From positions 9,548,001 through 9,612,000 of the forward strand of contig OX597836.1 of the NCBI GenBank assembly GCA_951406725.2: a DNA stretch of 64,000 bases, given 5' to 3'. A model generated the notes under the pieces. That model had not been told where the DNA came from, searched no databases, and saw nothing but the letters and a program-made list of their open reading frames with translations. Positions 1 through 13,880 of the stretch are shown one piece after another; position 1 is the first letter of the stretch; every line of letters starts with the position of its first letter. The position numbers were made by a program, and so were the translations under genes. This DNA comes from Octopus vulgaris (taxonomy: Eukaryota).

Positions 1-264
1 CTCATAACTAGGTGAACTCAAGTTGTTTAGCATACAACTAAAGGTCCTAGGTTAAGAGACACACCCCAACCACTTGAAATGGTCTTTTACTGTGAAATTT
101 GTAATTGGTGTATGTTAACCTCTTAACATACACATTTTTTTTGTTTTTCAATTTCTATGCAAAAAATATTTTTTTTTATTATTCATTTTGAATCTGTAAA
201 TAAGGAAGAACAATTACACAAATTATTTTGGATCAGTTTATGATTTATTATGAGGTTACTGATA

Positions 265-672
265 GGCGTAGGAATGGCTGTGTGGTAAGTAGCTTGCTTA
301 CGAACTACATGGTTCCGGGTTCAGTCCCACTGCGTGGGACCTTGGGCAAGTGTCTTCCACTATAGCCTCGGGCCGACCAAAGCCTTGTGAGTGGATTTGG
401 TAGACGAAAACTGAAGGAAGCCCATCATGTGTGTATATATATATGTATGTGCGTGTATATGTTTGTGTGTCTGTGTTTGTCCCCCCAACATCGCTTGACA
501 ACCGATGGTAGTGTGTTTACGTCTCCGTAACTTAGCGGTTCAGCAAAAGAGACCAATAGAATAAGTACTAGGCTTACAATGAATAAGTCCTGGGGTCGAT
601 TTGCTTGACTAAAGGCGGTGCCCCAGCATGGCCACAGTCAAATGACTGAAACAAGTAAAAGAGCAAAAGAGT
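265..672 (+). mobile_element. tRNA-derived octopus-type SINE (representative full copy)
   Basis: A/B-box-like head (tggctgtgtggtaag...ggttcagtccc), internal microsatellite, tail aaacaagtaaaagag. Other copies at ~8005-8375(-), 9665-10065(-), 12215-12635(-), 18425-18842(+), 25035-25408(-), 30940-31342(+), 31555-31965(+), 36385-36778(-), 38562-38993(+), 44090-44430(+) and 45775-46025(+). Confidence 0.85.
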
Positions 673-839
673 ATAGAAATTCTAGTTGCTGATAGTTGAT
701 ATTAGAAAACAGGAATACCATCACAAACGAAGTATTTTGGGTTAGAAATAAGTTGCAGATATCCCCAGACTACGGTGAACATACATTTTCGTTCAAATAT
801 TTATTTACCAGACATCTCTGAATCAAAATATACAGGATA

Positions 840-1330
840 ATGTGTTATCTCCTCAAAGACATACAGCATCTCGAAAGAGTCCAGAAGCTGGCTACCCGCA
901 TGGTTCATGGTCTCAAGAATTTGTCTTATGAAGAAAGGCTGAAGACGCTCGACCTTTATTCTCTAGAAAAACGCCGCCGCCGTGGTGATCTCATTCTCGC
1001 TCACAACATCATAAGCAGAAAGTGTAACCTCTCGAAAGAGCTGTTCTTCACTCCTGCTCCAGAGCGTCGGCTGCTGGGTCACTCCGAAAAGCTCTACCTG
1101 CGACGATTTCATCTCAATCGAAGGAGAGGAGCTTTCTCCGTCTGGGTTGCGGATCCGTGGAACAAGCTGCCAGACGAGATGGTGAAGATGCCGACGACCG
1201 CTTTGTTCAAAGTCTCCCTTGACCTCAAGTGGCCTGAACTCTTTGCATGAACACCACCCTGTACTTAACTCCATGTCCCCCTACATGGCCTTGCTTTTTG
1301 CTTTTGAGCCAAAAAATTAACTAACTAATT
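840..1330 (+). mobile_element. CR1/L2-group LINE 3' fragment
   Basis: LERVQKLATRMV...LSYEERLKTLDLYSLEKRRRRGDLI...WNKLP is the ORF2 C-terminus; short (CTAA)n-like tail. Confidence 0.88.
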
Positions 1331-1938
1331 AAGAGGTTAAGTTGTAAATGAATTTATCCTCCTTGTCACCATCATCGTTTAACCCTTTAGTGTTCGCATC
1401 ATTCTACCAAAATTAATGCTTTTTCATCCACTTTGTTTTGAACTAATCAGGCATTAATGTTGTAGCTATGAGAATTTGATGAGGTAGCTGTTAATTTTTA
1501 AAATGATATTGTAGGGTTGGTGTGAGAGACCAGATCTGGCCAGTTTGAACATAAAACAGGCAGAATACTTTTGACCGGATACGGCCGGTTTAAATGCTAA
1601 AGGATTAACTCTTTAGCTTTCAGACTACTTTGGTAAATGTAATGCATATTTTTATTTTACTTTTACTTGTTTCAATCATTTGACTGTGGCCATGCTGGAG
1701 CACTGCCTTAACCCTTTCGGTACCATATTTATTTTGAGATGTTCTGTGTTTCTTTAAATTATTTTAAATATAACAAAGAATTTAGTAAAATAACTTTGTT
1801 ATCATTAAGCTAGTGTTAGGAACATAGATTGTACAAACCCTAATTTGTATACCAGTCTCACTTTGATGGCATGCACTGCTCTCTCAATAATAATAATAAT
1901 AATAATTATTATTATAATAAGATGATATTAGATATTAT

Positions 1939-2158
1939 ATGAGAGGGTACTAAAAAGTTCCTGGTTTTAAGGGTATCACAAAAGGCCTGGTTGGAGGACC
2001 AGCCTCCCGAGTTCTTTTACAGAGCTTAGAAAAACTGAAGGACCGGTGCAATAAGTGTGTGAATCTGAGAGGGGAATGTGTCCAATAAAATCATAATTAA
2101 CTGATCCTACTATGTTTTCTTTTACTGAAAGCTAGGAACTTTTCAGCACCCTTTCGCA
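1939..2158. mobile_element. Mariner-type MITE, degenerate
   Basis: Imperfect TIRs gagagggtactaaaaagttcctgg / ctaggaacttttcagcaccctttc. Confidence 0.65.
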
Positions 2159-2850
2159 AGGAATAATTCGAGTCAGGAATGAGAAACTGGTTCATTGCAG
2201 GGGTCTGGCAGAAAACAACTTATAAACTACTGATGTTTAGATCATAATTTCATGTTGAATGAATCAGAGAAAAGCTTTTCTCTGAATTAATCAGATGCCA
2301 ATCTAGATCTGCCAACAAACCACTGCCCCAGTAGCCATAACAACAACAACAATAATAATAATAATAATAATAATCTTCTGATATTACAAAATTGTTTTCA
2401 TTTTGATTGCTCGAGATCTAATTTCTGGCTTGGTCTGTTGTTTGCCAAGTAAATAATTGCTTGCCAAATATTTATTGTAAGTTTCCATGCCTTATTTATA
2501 GATAGATAGGGAGAAAAATGTCAAAAGAATGTGTGTTTGTGTGTTTAAGTGTTAATGTTAGGGCTGCTAAATTATAATGGTATAAAGCAACAAACATTTA
2601 CTGATAAAATGAGTCAAATTTACGCAAACACACATCTCTCTTTCTCTCTCATATATATATATGAACGCGTCACCGGCACGGGCAACCTGAACGCGACACC
2701 GGTATGGGTGCCCTAAATGAGTCACCGGCACGGGTGCCTGAATGCGCCACTAGCACGGGTGCCCTGAATGCATCACCGGCACAGGTGCTCTGAACGCGTC
2801 ACCGGCACAGAGGCCCTCAACATGCCACCGGCATGGGTGCCCTGAACACG

Positions 2851-3085
2851 AAAGGCGGCAAGCTGGCAGAAACGTTAGCACGCCGGGCGAGATGCTTAGC
2901 GGTATTTCGTCTGCGTTACGTTGAGAGTTCAAATTCCACCGAGGTCGAATTTGCCTTTCTTCCTTTCGGGGTCAATAAATTAAGTACCAGTTACGCACTG
3001 GGGTCGATGTAATCGACTTAATACCTATGTTTGTCCTTGTTTGTCCCCTCTGTGTTTAGCCCCTTGTGGGTAATAAAGAAATAGG
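2851..3085 (+). mobile_element. Second SINE family (ggcggcgagctggcagaa head; cctttcatcctttcggggtc core)
   Basis: Many related copies in both orientations at 3.2-3.6, 4.3-4.7, 6.4-7.2, 21.2-22.9, 27.9-28.1, 29.8-30.8 and 52.2-52.4 kb, usually with (AAT)n tails. Confidence 0.8.
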
Positions 3086-3653
3086 TATGGGTGCCCTGAA
3101 TGCTTCACCAGCATGGGTGCCCTGAATGTGTCACTGGCGCAGGTCCCTTTAATGCATCAGCAGCGGGGGTACCTTTTATGTGCCACCGGCACTGTCCATC
3201 CGTACAATTTCACTTAGTTTGACATGTTTCAAATTTTGGCACAAGGTCAATAGGCTTGGGGGTGAGAATAAGTCAATTAAATTTGACCCCAGTGGTCAGC
3301 TGGAACTTATTTTATTGACCCCAAAAGGATGAAAGGCAAAGTCAACCCTGGCAGAATTTCACCCAGTATGCTAATGATTCTTTCCTACTCTGGGCACAAG
3401 GCCCGAAATTTTTGGAGGACAGGGGCCAGTCAATTAGATCGATCCCAGTACACAACTGGTACTTAATTTATTGACCCCGAAAAGATGAAAGGCAAAGTTG
3501 ACCTTGGCGGAATTTGAACTCAGAACATAAAGACAGCTGAAACACTGCCAAGCATTTTGCCCGGCTTGCTAACGTTTCTGCCAGCTCACCACTTTACATT
3601 TGTCTTATATTAATGTTTGTACTCTTACTTACATCCGAGCATTAAAGTCAGCA

Positions 3654-4037
3654 TCGTATATATATATATATATATATAAACGGCAGTTTGTCTGTGCGTT
3701 TTCTGTGTGTCTGTTTGCGTGTACCCTCACCCTGACCACGGCTTTCAACCGATTCTGATGAAACTTGACACACACATAGCCCAATGTCATAATTCAAAAC
3801 TAACGCAGCGAAAATTTTGAAAAGTTCCCCCAGTTCTGAAAAAAATCGATAAATTCGACATGGGGTCGAGAATCAGAAACACAAACCGCAAACTGTCTAG
3901 GGGACGCAACTCCACCTTTTTTAACTCTCAAAAAAAATTTACCATCATTTTTTTGCTATTTTTTGCCTATAACTCTCTAAAAATGCTTTATAGTTATTTC
4001 CCTTACAAACCTGAGCAATGCCGGGCGATACTGCTAG
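3654..4037 (+). mobile_element. Non-autonomous Helitron
   Basis: 5' TC after A, 3' hairpin (cctgagcaatgccggg) followed by CTAG then T. Near-identical copy at 61036-61417. Confidence 0.8.
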
Positions 4038-5205
4038 TATATATATATATATAAATATCCCTGATAGAGGTAGTGTTGAAAATACCTTGCAGGTGAAACC
4101 AGACAACCTGTTAGCAATGTAGATAAACTCCAAATTATCTAGAGCAGCTGAGACCTTCAGTAATAAAAACGAGTTTGGCACATTTCTTTTGTTTAAAAAA
4201 ACCCAGAAAAAACATTCATATTTTTGTTAATAGTGTAACAACAGCTGTAGTATGAATTCTAAACATGTAACATTATATCAATAATGATTTCGAATTTTAG
4301 CACAAGGCCAGTAATCTTTGAATGGCGGAGAAGTCAACTGGTATTTATTTTATCAAACCTGGAAGGATGAAAGGCAAAGTTGAACCCTGGCAGAATTTGA
4401 GCTCAGACTAAAAAGCTGGATGAAATAATGTCACTTAGCATTTTTTCCCAAGCTTGCCACCTTGATGATGATGATGATGATGATGATAATAATAATAATA
4501 ATAACCATAATAATAATCTTTTCTACTATAGGCACAAGACTCGAAATTTTGCGGGAGGGAACCAGTTGATTAGATCGACCCCTGTATGCAACTGGTACTT
4601 AATTTATCGACTCCAAAAGGATGAAAGGCAGAGTCGACCTTGGTGGAATTTGAACTCAAAATGTAAAGACAGACAAAATTCTGCTCAGCATTTTCCCCAG
4701 CGTGCTAACGTTTCTGCCAGCTCACTACCTTAATCAATAATCATCATCATCGTTTAATGTCCGTTTTCTGTGCTAGCACGGGTTGGACGGTTCGACCAGG
4801 GTCCAGGAAGCCAGGAGGCTGCACCAGGCTCCAGTCTGATCTGGCAGTGTTTCTACAGCTGGATGCCCTTCCTAACGCCAACCACTCCATGAGTGTAGTG
4901 GGTGCTTTTTATGTGCCACCGGCACAGGTGCCAGGGGAGGCTGGCAGCATCCACGATCGGTTGGTGCTTTTTATGTGCCACCAGCACAGAAGCCAGTCAA
5001 GGCGGCGCTGGTATCGGCCAGGTTTGGATGGTGCTTTTTATGTGCCAGTTTCAAATTTTTCCACAAGGGCAGCCACTTTGGGGGAGGGGATAAGTCAATT
5101 ACATCAACCCCACTGTTTCACTGGTGCTTAATTTATCGACCCCGACTGTCTGTCTGTCTATCTATCTATGTCTGTCTATCTGTCTGTCCATCCATCCATC
5201 CATCC

Positions 5206-5282
<77 letters not shown>

Positions 5283-6110
5283 CTAAGGTAGGCTGACATA
5301 ATATTGCAAATGGATTTGAATGTAAACAGAGAATAAAAGTGTTAGAATTTGGTGTAATTATATTTCTGTCAGGTAGAGCTGCAGCTTTGGAAATTTGAGA
5401 AGCCTTTCATTTATTTATATAATATTCTACAAGTTCTTTGAATCTGCTAATAAGAACCTTGGTCTATCTTGAAGTTGATACACACACACACACTCTCTCT
5501 CTCTCTTTACCCTCCTCCATCCCCCATAAATATCTATGTATATCTACTTTAAGATAAATATTAATATTAGTAGCATTATAATTCTTCATGTCTGGATATA
5601 ATAATAATAATAATCTATATATATATATGTGTGTGTGTGTGTATGTATGCCATATGTGTTCTCAGAAATAAGAATGCCATGTCTCTGTGTGTTGTAAGAG
5701 TGTTTGGCAGTGAAATATTGTGTGTAAAAAGAGAATTTAAACAGCTGATTGTGTCTGGATATGTTACTATCAATTACCTATTAGTTTAGCTCATTAGACC
5801 AGCTGCATTGTGTTTCTATTTATAGAAGGTACACACGTGGATGTGTGGAGGTGCAGGCCTTATACAGGTGAGAAGCTTGCTTCCCAACTACATGGTCTTG
5901 GATTCACTCCCATTGTATGGTTCTTTGGGCAAGTGTCTTCTTCTGTGGCTATGAGCTGACCAAGGCCTTGTGAGTGGATTTCGTGGATGGAAACTTAAAG
6001 AAGTCCCATCACGTAGATGATTCAAAAAAAAAAAAAAATAGAAGACAGTGACAGGTGAGGGAACAATAATCAAGGTGTGTTAGTTTGATGCTCAGGAAAA
6101 GTGAAAGAAG

Positions 6111-6147
6111 TCTTTGACGTTTCGAGCCCATGCTCGTCTACAGAAAG
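6111..6147 (-). ncRNA. Minimal hammerhead-like motif (A6U variant) in a Penelope pLTR-like remnant
   Basis: CUUU CUGUAGAC GAGC augg GCUC GAAACGUC AAAG. Confidence 0.55.
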
Positions 6148-6969
6148 TAGTGAAGAATGAATACAGAGAGGGACAAACATGCCTGGATTAATAGTTACAT
6201 AGGTGTGTGTGTGTTTCTACTCTTGTTCTTTCTGCATGTCATGGTCGTAAATGGATGTCTTTGTTATACAAGTGAGACCATTCCTCTATGAAAAACATTT
6301 CTTGCTGTGAGGAAATGTTACTTTGTTTGGAAACGGGCGAGGGTTGAGCAATGGGGTCGATGTAATCAACTTATACTCTGGCTAAGAGTATAAAAACTGC
6401 AGGTTAAGAGTATAAAATAAGGTGGCGAACTGGCAGAAAAGTTGGCACACCGGGCAAAATGCTTACTAGTATTAAGTCAATTATATCGACCCCCAGTGCA
6501 TAACTGGTACTTAATTTATCGACCCTGAAAGGATGAAAGGTAAAGCCAACCTTGGCGGAATTTGAACTCACAACGTAACGGCAGACGAAATACGGCTACG
6601 CATTTCGCCTGGCGTGCTAACGATTCTGCCAGCTCGCCGCCTAATAATAATAATAGTTATAATAATAGTAATAATAATAATAATAGTTATAATAATAGTA
6701 ATAATAATAATAATAATAGTTATAATAATAATAATAATAGTTATAATAATAGTAATAATAATAATGATTTCAAATTTTGCCACAAGGGCAGCAATTTTAG
6801 GGGAGAGGCTGAGTCGATTACATTGACCCCAGTGTTCAACTGGTACTTAGTTTATTGACCCCGAAAGGTACAGTTAACCTTGGCGAAATTTGAACTCAGA
6901 ATGTAGTGAGGGGCAAAATTCAGCTAAGCATTTTGTCCAGCGTGCTAACAATTCTGCCAGCTCACCGTC

Positions 6970-7006
<37 letters not shown>

Positions 7007-7172
7007 TTATTTCTTTACTACCCACAAGGGGCTAAACACAGAGGGGACAAACAAGGACAGACGAACAGATCAAGTCGATTACATCGACCTCAGTGCGTAA
7101 CTGGTACTTAATTTATTGACCCCAAAAGGATGAAAGGCAAAGTTGACCTTGGCGGAATTTGAACTCAGAATG

Positions 7173-7555
7173 TGCCCTGATGCAGTACCAGGCAGTTGCT
7201 CTCATGGCTTCTGATCTTAACTGATTGGAAGTGTTATCATGTACATTGTATTGTCTTGGTATAAAAGATGGGCTACAGCAAATATTCTGCTCAATACCAA
7301 TGCCCTGATGCAGTACCAGGCAGTGGCTCTCATGGCTTCTGATCTTAACTGATTGGAAGTGTTATCATGTACATTGTATTGTCTTGGTATAAAAGATGGG
7401 CTACAGCAAATATTCTGCTCAATACCAATGCCCTGATGCAGTACCAGGCAGTGGCTCTCATGGCTTCTGATCTTAACTGATTGGAAGTGTTATCATGTAC
7501 ACTGTTTTGTCTTGGTATAAAAGATGGGCTACAGCAAATATTCTGCTCAATACCA
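7173..7555. repeat. 128-bp tandem triplication at the end of an interspersed repeat (continues to ~7990)
   Basis: tgccctgatgcagtaccaggcag starts at 7173, 7301 and 7429. Confidence 0.92.
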
Positions 7556-8629
7556 CAGATTTGCTTGTCAGTTGTTTGACCATAACCAGTTGAGCAGGTC
7601 CCTTAGTGGCTGACGATATGTGCATCTCTGATCACGAGCAGAAGTAGTGGGGGAGCATCATAGCCATGTGTTGAAAGGAATTCTTTGGGGTTTGAATAGT
7701 TCACCTCTGGAAACATGGGTGGTTCGTTCAACATCATTAAACAATCCTTATTCAGGGACCTTTTGAGCGGGATGGGCTACTCGACCAGAAGAAAATTCTA
7801 ACTGGGTCCCAGTTGCAAGGTCATGCACTGATTATCTTGATATGAGATCACCGTGTCGTGTACATATGGTTGCGATGCATGTGTGTAGTCATGCAGATGT
7901 GTAGTCATGATGGGTATACTGAGCTTCATATATTTACCCCAGTGTCACTTTGATGGCATGTGCTGCTCTCTCACTCAATAATAATAATAATAATATATTT
8001 ATATATTACTCTTTTACTTGTTTCAGTCATTTGACTGAGGCCATGCTGGAGCACCACCTTTAGTTGAGAAAATCGACCCCAGGACTTATACTTATTCTAT
8101 CAGTCTCTTTTGCTGAACCGCTAAGTTACAAGGACATAAACACACCAGCATCGGTTATCAAGTGATGTTGGCGGGGACAAACACACACACACAAACATAT
8201 ACAGACACACATACATATATACGACAGGCTTCTTTCAGTTTCCGTCTACCAAATCCACTCACAAGGCTTTGGTCAACCCGAGGCTATAGTAGAAGACACT
8301 TGCCTAAGATACCACGCAGTGGGACTGAACTCAGAACCACGTGGTTTGTAAGCAAGCTACTTACCACACAGCCAGAGAGAGAGAGAGTCCTTATTATTCC
8401 ATTTTCCTTCATATGCTACTGATATTGGATATCAGGAAATACAAATCCTCAAGAGAATTCCATAATCCATTATGAAAGGAAAAAGTTGATTTTTACTGCT
8501 ATCAATTGTTAGTGGTTTTAAATATTTTATTCAAGTCTCAGTGACCTTGGCACAGAAACTAGCGTCAGTTTCTCCAGAACAGTAATAACACAGTAATTAA
8601 TATCTGCCATAAATTCTTTCTCCTAAGCC

Positions 8630-9175
8630 TGCAGCAGGGTTGACAGAGAGAGCAGTCTTTGTGTGTGGCAGACGTATAGATATAATAAACACTAGAAATT
8701 TAAAGAATATAGACTTTGTCAAATGCCAGGGGCATACACAGAAGTTGTAAATAGCTTCTGTTATCTGGGTGACCAGGTCAGCAGTGGAGGAAGATGCTTC
8801 GAGAGTGTAGCTGCTAGAATACGAATAGGCTGGGCAACGTCCAGAGAGCTTCTACCTTTGTTGGTAACTAAGAGCTTCTTCAGAGTGAAAGGCAGATTGT
8901 ATAATGCCTGTGTGCAAACAGCCATGCTACATGGCAGTGAAACATGGGCTGTGACTGCAGAAGACATGAGGAAGCTTGAAAGAAAGGAAGCTGGTATACA
9001 TTGCTGGATGTGCAAACTCAGTACGACAGAGTATAAGTGTCTTGAGAGAAAAATTGGGCATACGAGGCACCAGATGTGGTGTAGAAGAGAGAGAACCATG
9101 CTGGTATGGTCATATGATGCATATGGACAAGGGCAGCTGTGTAAAGAAGTGCCAATCTCTAACGGTGGAGTGAAC
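8630..9175 (+). mobile_element. RTE-clade LINE fragment, degenerate
   Basis: EVVNSFCYLGD...ARIRIGW...LYNACVQTAMLHGSETW, with frameshifts. Confidence 0.8.
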
Positions 9176-10543
9176 CTGTGGGTGCTTTTTTTTATGTGCC
9201 ACCAGTACGGGGGGCCAGTCAGGCAGCACTGGCAACGACCATACTTGCATGGTGCTTTTTATGTGCTACCAGTATGGGGGCCTGTCAGGCAGCACTGGCA
9301 ACAACCATACTCGCATGGTGCTTTTTATGTGCCACCAGTACGGGGGGCCAGTCAGGCAGCACTGGCAACGACCATACTCGCATGGTGCTTTTTATGTATC
9401 ACCGGCACAGGAGCCAGTCTGGTGGGACTGGCACCAACCACACTCAAATGGTGCTTTTTACATGCCACCAGCACTGGCATCATGATTTCACTATATTCTT
9501 AATTAAATTCAGTGGCAGCTTGATCTAGTGTAATCTTTATAGCCAGGGATCTATAGATTACAATGTTAGTCTAACACTGAAGGTCATGGATGGAACCATA
9601 CAATACTCTTCACCACAGAAGGTACTTAGTTGGGCTGTAAGTATTGAAGGAGGTTTTTATCTACTTACTCTTTTACTTGTTTCAGTCATTTGACTGCGGC
9701 CATGCTGGAGCACCGCCTTTAGTCGATCAAATCGACCCCGGGACTTATTCTTTGTAAGCCCAGTACTTATTCTATCGGTCTCTTTTGCCGAACCGCTAAG
9801 TGACGGGGACGCAAACACACCAGCATCGGTTGTCAAGTAATGCTAGGGGGACAAATACAGACACACAAACTCCCCCCCCCCCACATATATATATACATAT
9901 ATACGACGGGCTTCTTTCAGTTTCCGTCTACCAAATCCACTCACAAGGCATTGGTCGGCCCGGGGCCATAGCAGAAGACACTTGCCCGAGATGCCACGCA
10001 GTGGGACTGAACCCGGAACCATGTGGTTGGTTAGCAAGCTACTTACCACACAGCCACTCCTGCGCCTTTGTTTATCAATTTCCATTTTAGGAATGAATAC
10101 AAAATAGAGACAACTGACACGTTTACCTTTCCTTTGGAGATGTTTATCGTTAAATAAATAATACCAAGACTTTTTAGAAAACCTGTATTTGGATGTATTT
10201 TTTTTTGTTTTGTTTTGTTTTTGCTAAATTTGTACCTTAGAGGTGTCAGGACAATAGGCTCTAGAAATCATGTTTCATATATACATGTATATATGAAACA
10301 CTGTAGAAACACTGCCAGATCAGACTGGGCCTGATGCAGCCTTCTGGCTTCACAGACCCCAGTTGAACCGTCCAACCCATGCTAGCATGGAAAACGAACG
10401 CTAAATGATGATGATGATGATTGTGTGTGTAGTAAAATGTTGCACAGAATGAAGATGAAGGGACATATAGAAAGCATGGGGACATGCTCATTCCACAGCA
10501 ATTATCAACCAAAAATTCTCATCATTTTGATGCCATGTATGTA

Positions 10544-11042
10544 CTGTAAATCCTCGAGTATAGTCCACCCTTGAGTATAATACGCAGGGGATTTTTAGCA
10601 GGCTGTACCTCTGAAAAACCTAAACCTTGTGTATAATATGCACCCCTTCTCTAACTCGAGCTGTGTGTAATTAAAACAGCAGCACTTAGTCGAACAAACA
10701 CTTATATAATGGTGATGTTCTTAACTGTTATATGGGAATGTAAATATGTTTGAAAATTGTTTTTGTTACATGTTATTCTGTGTTCTGAATACTTTTTAAA
10801 TGTTGCTTACTGCAAGTTATGGATGATTCTTTTATGACTTCATTGCTTTCAGGCTTAGCTTAAGGTATTTTCGCACTCAACATCACAAAATGCATCTGAA
10901 TAAACATTGCTGGACAGCAAATAGAGACTCGGACATTGCTTAGAATATATTTTTCATTTTTAACCTCGTATATAGTACGCTCTAGGGATTTTGACCTTTA
11001 GATTTTGGGGGGGAAATGCGGATTATACTCGAGGATTTGCAG
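10544..11042. mobile_element. Tc1/mariner-pogo-type MITE
   Basis: TIRs ctgtaaatcctcgagtatagtcc / ggattatactcgaggatttgcag, with TA on both sides. Confidence 0.85.
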
Positions 11043-11176
11043 TATGTATGTATATATACATATACATGTGTATGTGTGCATGCACATACATTATGGTCAT
11101 CGTAATCTCCTAGTTCTAAAAGTACCGGTTTGTCAGTCTTCTTGCCAATGAAAATTGCGCATAGATATTGAAATAT

Positions 11177-12062
11177 ATGAATGTCTGGAGCTTGTTGGTG
11201 TTAGTCTTGGTCACTTGTCATGCTTCTGAGCCCTAAAGTAGAACCGACTTTTCACTTGTGTTGAAGATTCGGATCTTGTGGATCGAGAGGGCTGTTAGAT
11301 CTCCAGATTGGTTGCAAGGTGTTGAAGGCATGTCAGGAAATGTTTGTTCGGCATTTAATGTCCTCATCTGTCCCGTCGTCTTTATTGACTACTCTGCCCA
11401 GGTAAACAAACCTGTTGATGTCCTTGATACTACCCTCCTGGTGTAGTCGCACTGAGTCTTGCTGTCTGTTGTTCACTCGCATGGCCTCTGTCTTCTTAAT
11501 GTCTATCTGGAGGCCAGTCCTCTCCGCTTCTTCTGCAACATGACTTAACTTCCGTGCATGTTGCTGCTTGTGGGAGAGAAAACCGATGTCGTCTGCATAG
11601 TCTAGGTCTTCGAACTGTTTATCGAAGGTCCACTGGATGCCTGTCCTTTTGCCTGCTGTGGCTTGTCTCATGATCCAGTCAACCACCATCAGGAAGAATA
11701 ACAGATGTCTCAGAAACATCCTTAGAATCAGGTGGCTGGAGGTCATCTCCAATGAACAACTGTAGACAGGATAAGACAAGCCCCAATCGAGACAGATACC
11801 AAGAAACAAAAATGGGGATAGAAAGGCCAGTTGCTATGAAAGCCTGCACCAAATGTCACCTTGACTGGAACCCTCAGGGGAAGCAAAAAGTGGGCCAGCC
11901 CAAACAGTCTTGGTGCAGGAGTGTCGACGCAGAGGTGAGGGCAGCCAGAATTACATGGGCCGAGCTGAAGAGAATTCCCCAGAACCACGTCTGTTGCGAA
12001 ATTGTTGTTGCGGCCCTATGTTCCTTGAGGAATCAAGAGGCCTAAGAGAGAGAAAAAGAAAG
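11177..12062 (+). mobile_element. RTE LINE insertion with inverted 5' half
   Basis: The - strand RT segment (DLDYADD) ends at KLQTFI and the + strand resumes NRCLRNILRIRW at ~11700. (GA)-rich tail; flanking direct repeat ATTGAAATAT. Confidence 0.85.
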
Positions 12063-13629
12063 ATTGAAATATGTTGAAATACATTAGTAATCTTGATTCT
12101 TCTGTCACCATATTTCTATGGGAATAAACTACCTTTAAATTAATTTGGGGAAAAATGAAGAATTTAGTAAAATAACCTTGTCATTATTAAACTAGTATTT
12201 GCAACATAAATCAACTCTCTTTACTCTTTTACTTGATTTAGTTATTTGACTGTGGCCATGCTGGAGCATTGCCTTTAGTTGACCAAATCGACCCCAGGAC
12301 ATTCTTTGTAAGCCTAGTACTTATTCTATCTTTCTCTTTTGCCGAACCGCTAAGTTACGAGGACGTAAACACACCAGCATCGGTTGTCAAGCAATGTTGG
12401 GGGGACAAACACAGGTACACAAACATACACGCACGCACACACAAACTTATACACACACACACATATACATATATACGACAGGCTTCTTTCAGTTTCTGTG
12501 TACCAAATCCACTCACAAGGCTTTGGTCAGCCCGAGGCTATAGTAGAAGACACTTGTCCAAGGTGCCATGCAGTGGGACTGAACCCGGAACCATGTGGTC
12601 GGTAAGCAAGCTACTTACCACACAGCCACTCCTACGTAGAATTTTAATGGAAAGTTTTAATCAAGATCACTTCAAAACAGGAAGTTTTGTTTCGTAGAAG
12701 CAGAAGGCAGTTTCAAGCGAGGTCGTTGCCAGTTCCACTTGACTGGCCCCCGTGTCAGTGGCATGTAAAAGCACCCACTACACTCTCGGAGTGGTTGGCA
12801 TTAGGAAGGGCATCCAGCTGTAGAAACTCTGCCAGATCAAGACTGGAGCCTGGTGCAGCCATCTGGTTCGCCAGACCTCAGTCAAACTGTCCAACCCATG
12901 CCAGCATGGAAAGCGGATGTTAAATGATGATGGATGGAAGCACTCCGTCGGTTACGACGACGAGGGTTCCGGTTGATCCGAATCAACGGAACAGCCTGCT
13001 TGTGAAATTAGCGTGTAAGTGGCTGAGCACTCCACAGACACGTGTACCCTTAACGTAGTTCTCGGGGATATTCAGCGTGATACAGAGAGTGACAAGGCCA
13101 CCCTTTGAAATACAGGTACAACAGAAACAGGAAGTAAGAGTGAGAGAAAGAGTACAGCAGGGTTCACCACCATCCCCTGCCGGAGCCTCGTGTTTTCGCT
13201 CAATAAACACTCACAACGCCTGGTCTGGGAATCGAAACCGCGATCCTATGACCGCAAGTCCGCTGCCCTAACCACTGGGCCATTGCGCCTCCACTGTCAT
13301 GTGTGTAATGATTCGTTTGATGGAGAAATTGTTTGTTATAAAACCAGTCTGTTGTGCAAAAAAATGTTTGGGACCACTGACTTGAAAGACCGAGATGGTG
13401 ACAAAACTACAAACAACAACCTTTGAACTGGGTGTATAGTAATTAGCTTATGCACAACATGGCTATAAACATACATACATACCTTGTTGTTCAAAAACCT
13501 GTTTCCATTAATGTGTGTATATAAGGTTCTTTGTTAGCTCAGTAAAAAAAAAAATATCATTGACCTTAGTGACTATCTACCTGACTTAGGATATATATAC
13601 ACACACATATACATATGCATACGTATGTG

Positions 13630-13694
<65 letters not shown>

Positions 13695-13835
13695 GTTTTT
13701 ATATATATACACACACACACACGTTTATATATATATATACACACACACATAAATACAGGTATTTGATCCTTTAAGTCTTGTAACTTCATCAGAAGACTCA
13801 AGACTTTTTATACACCCCTCGTGTATATATATGTA

Positions 13836-13880
<45 letters not shown>

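Noticed and set aside
265-345. tRNA-like sequences at SINE heads
   Set aside because: They continue into SINE bodies and lack a complete cloverleaf; not tRNA genes.
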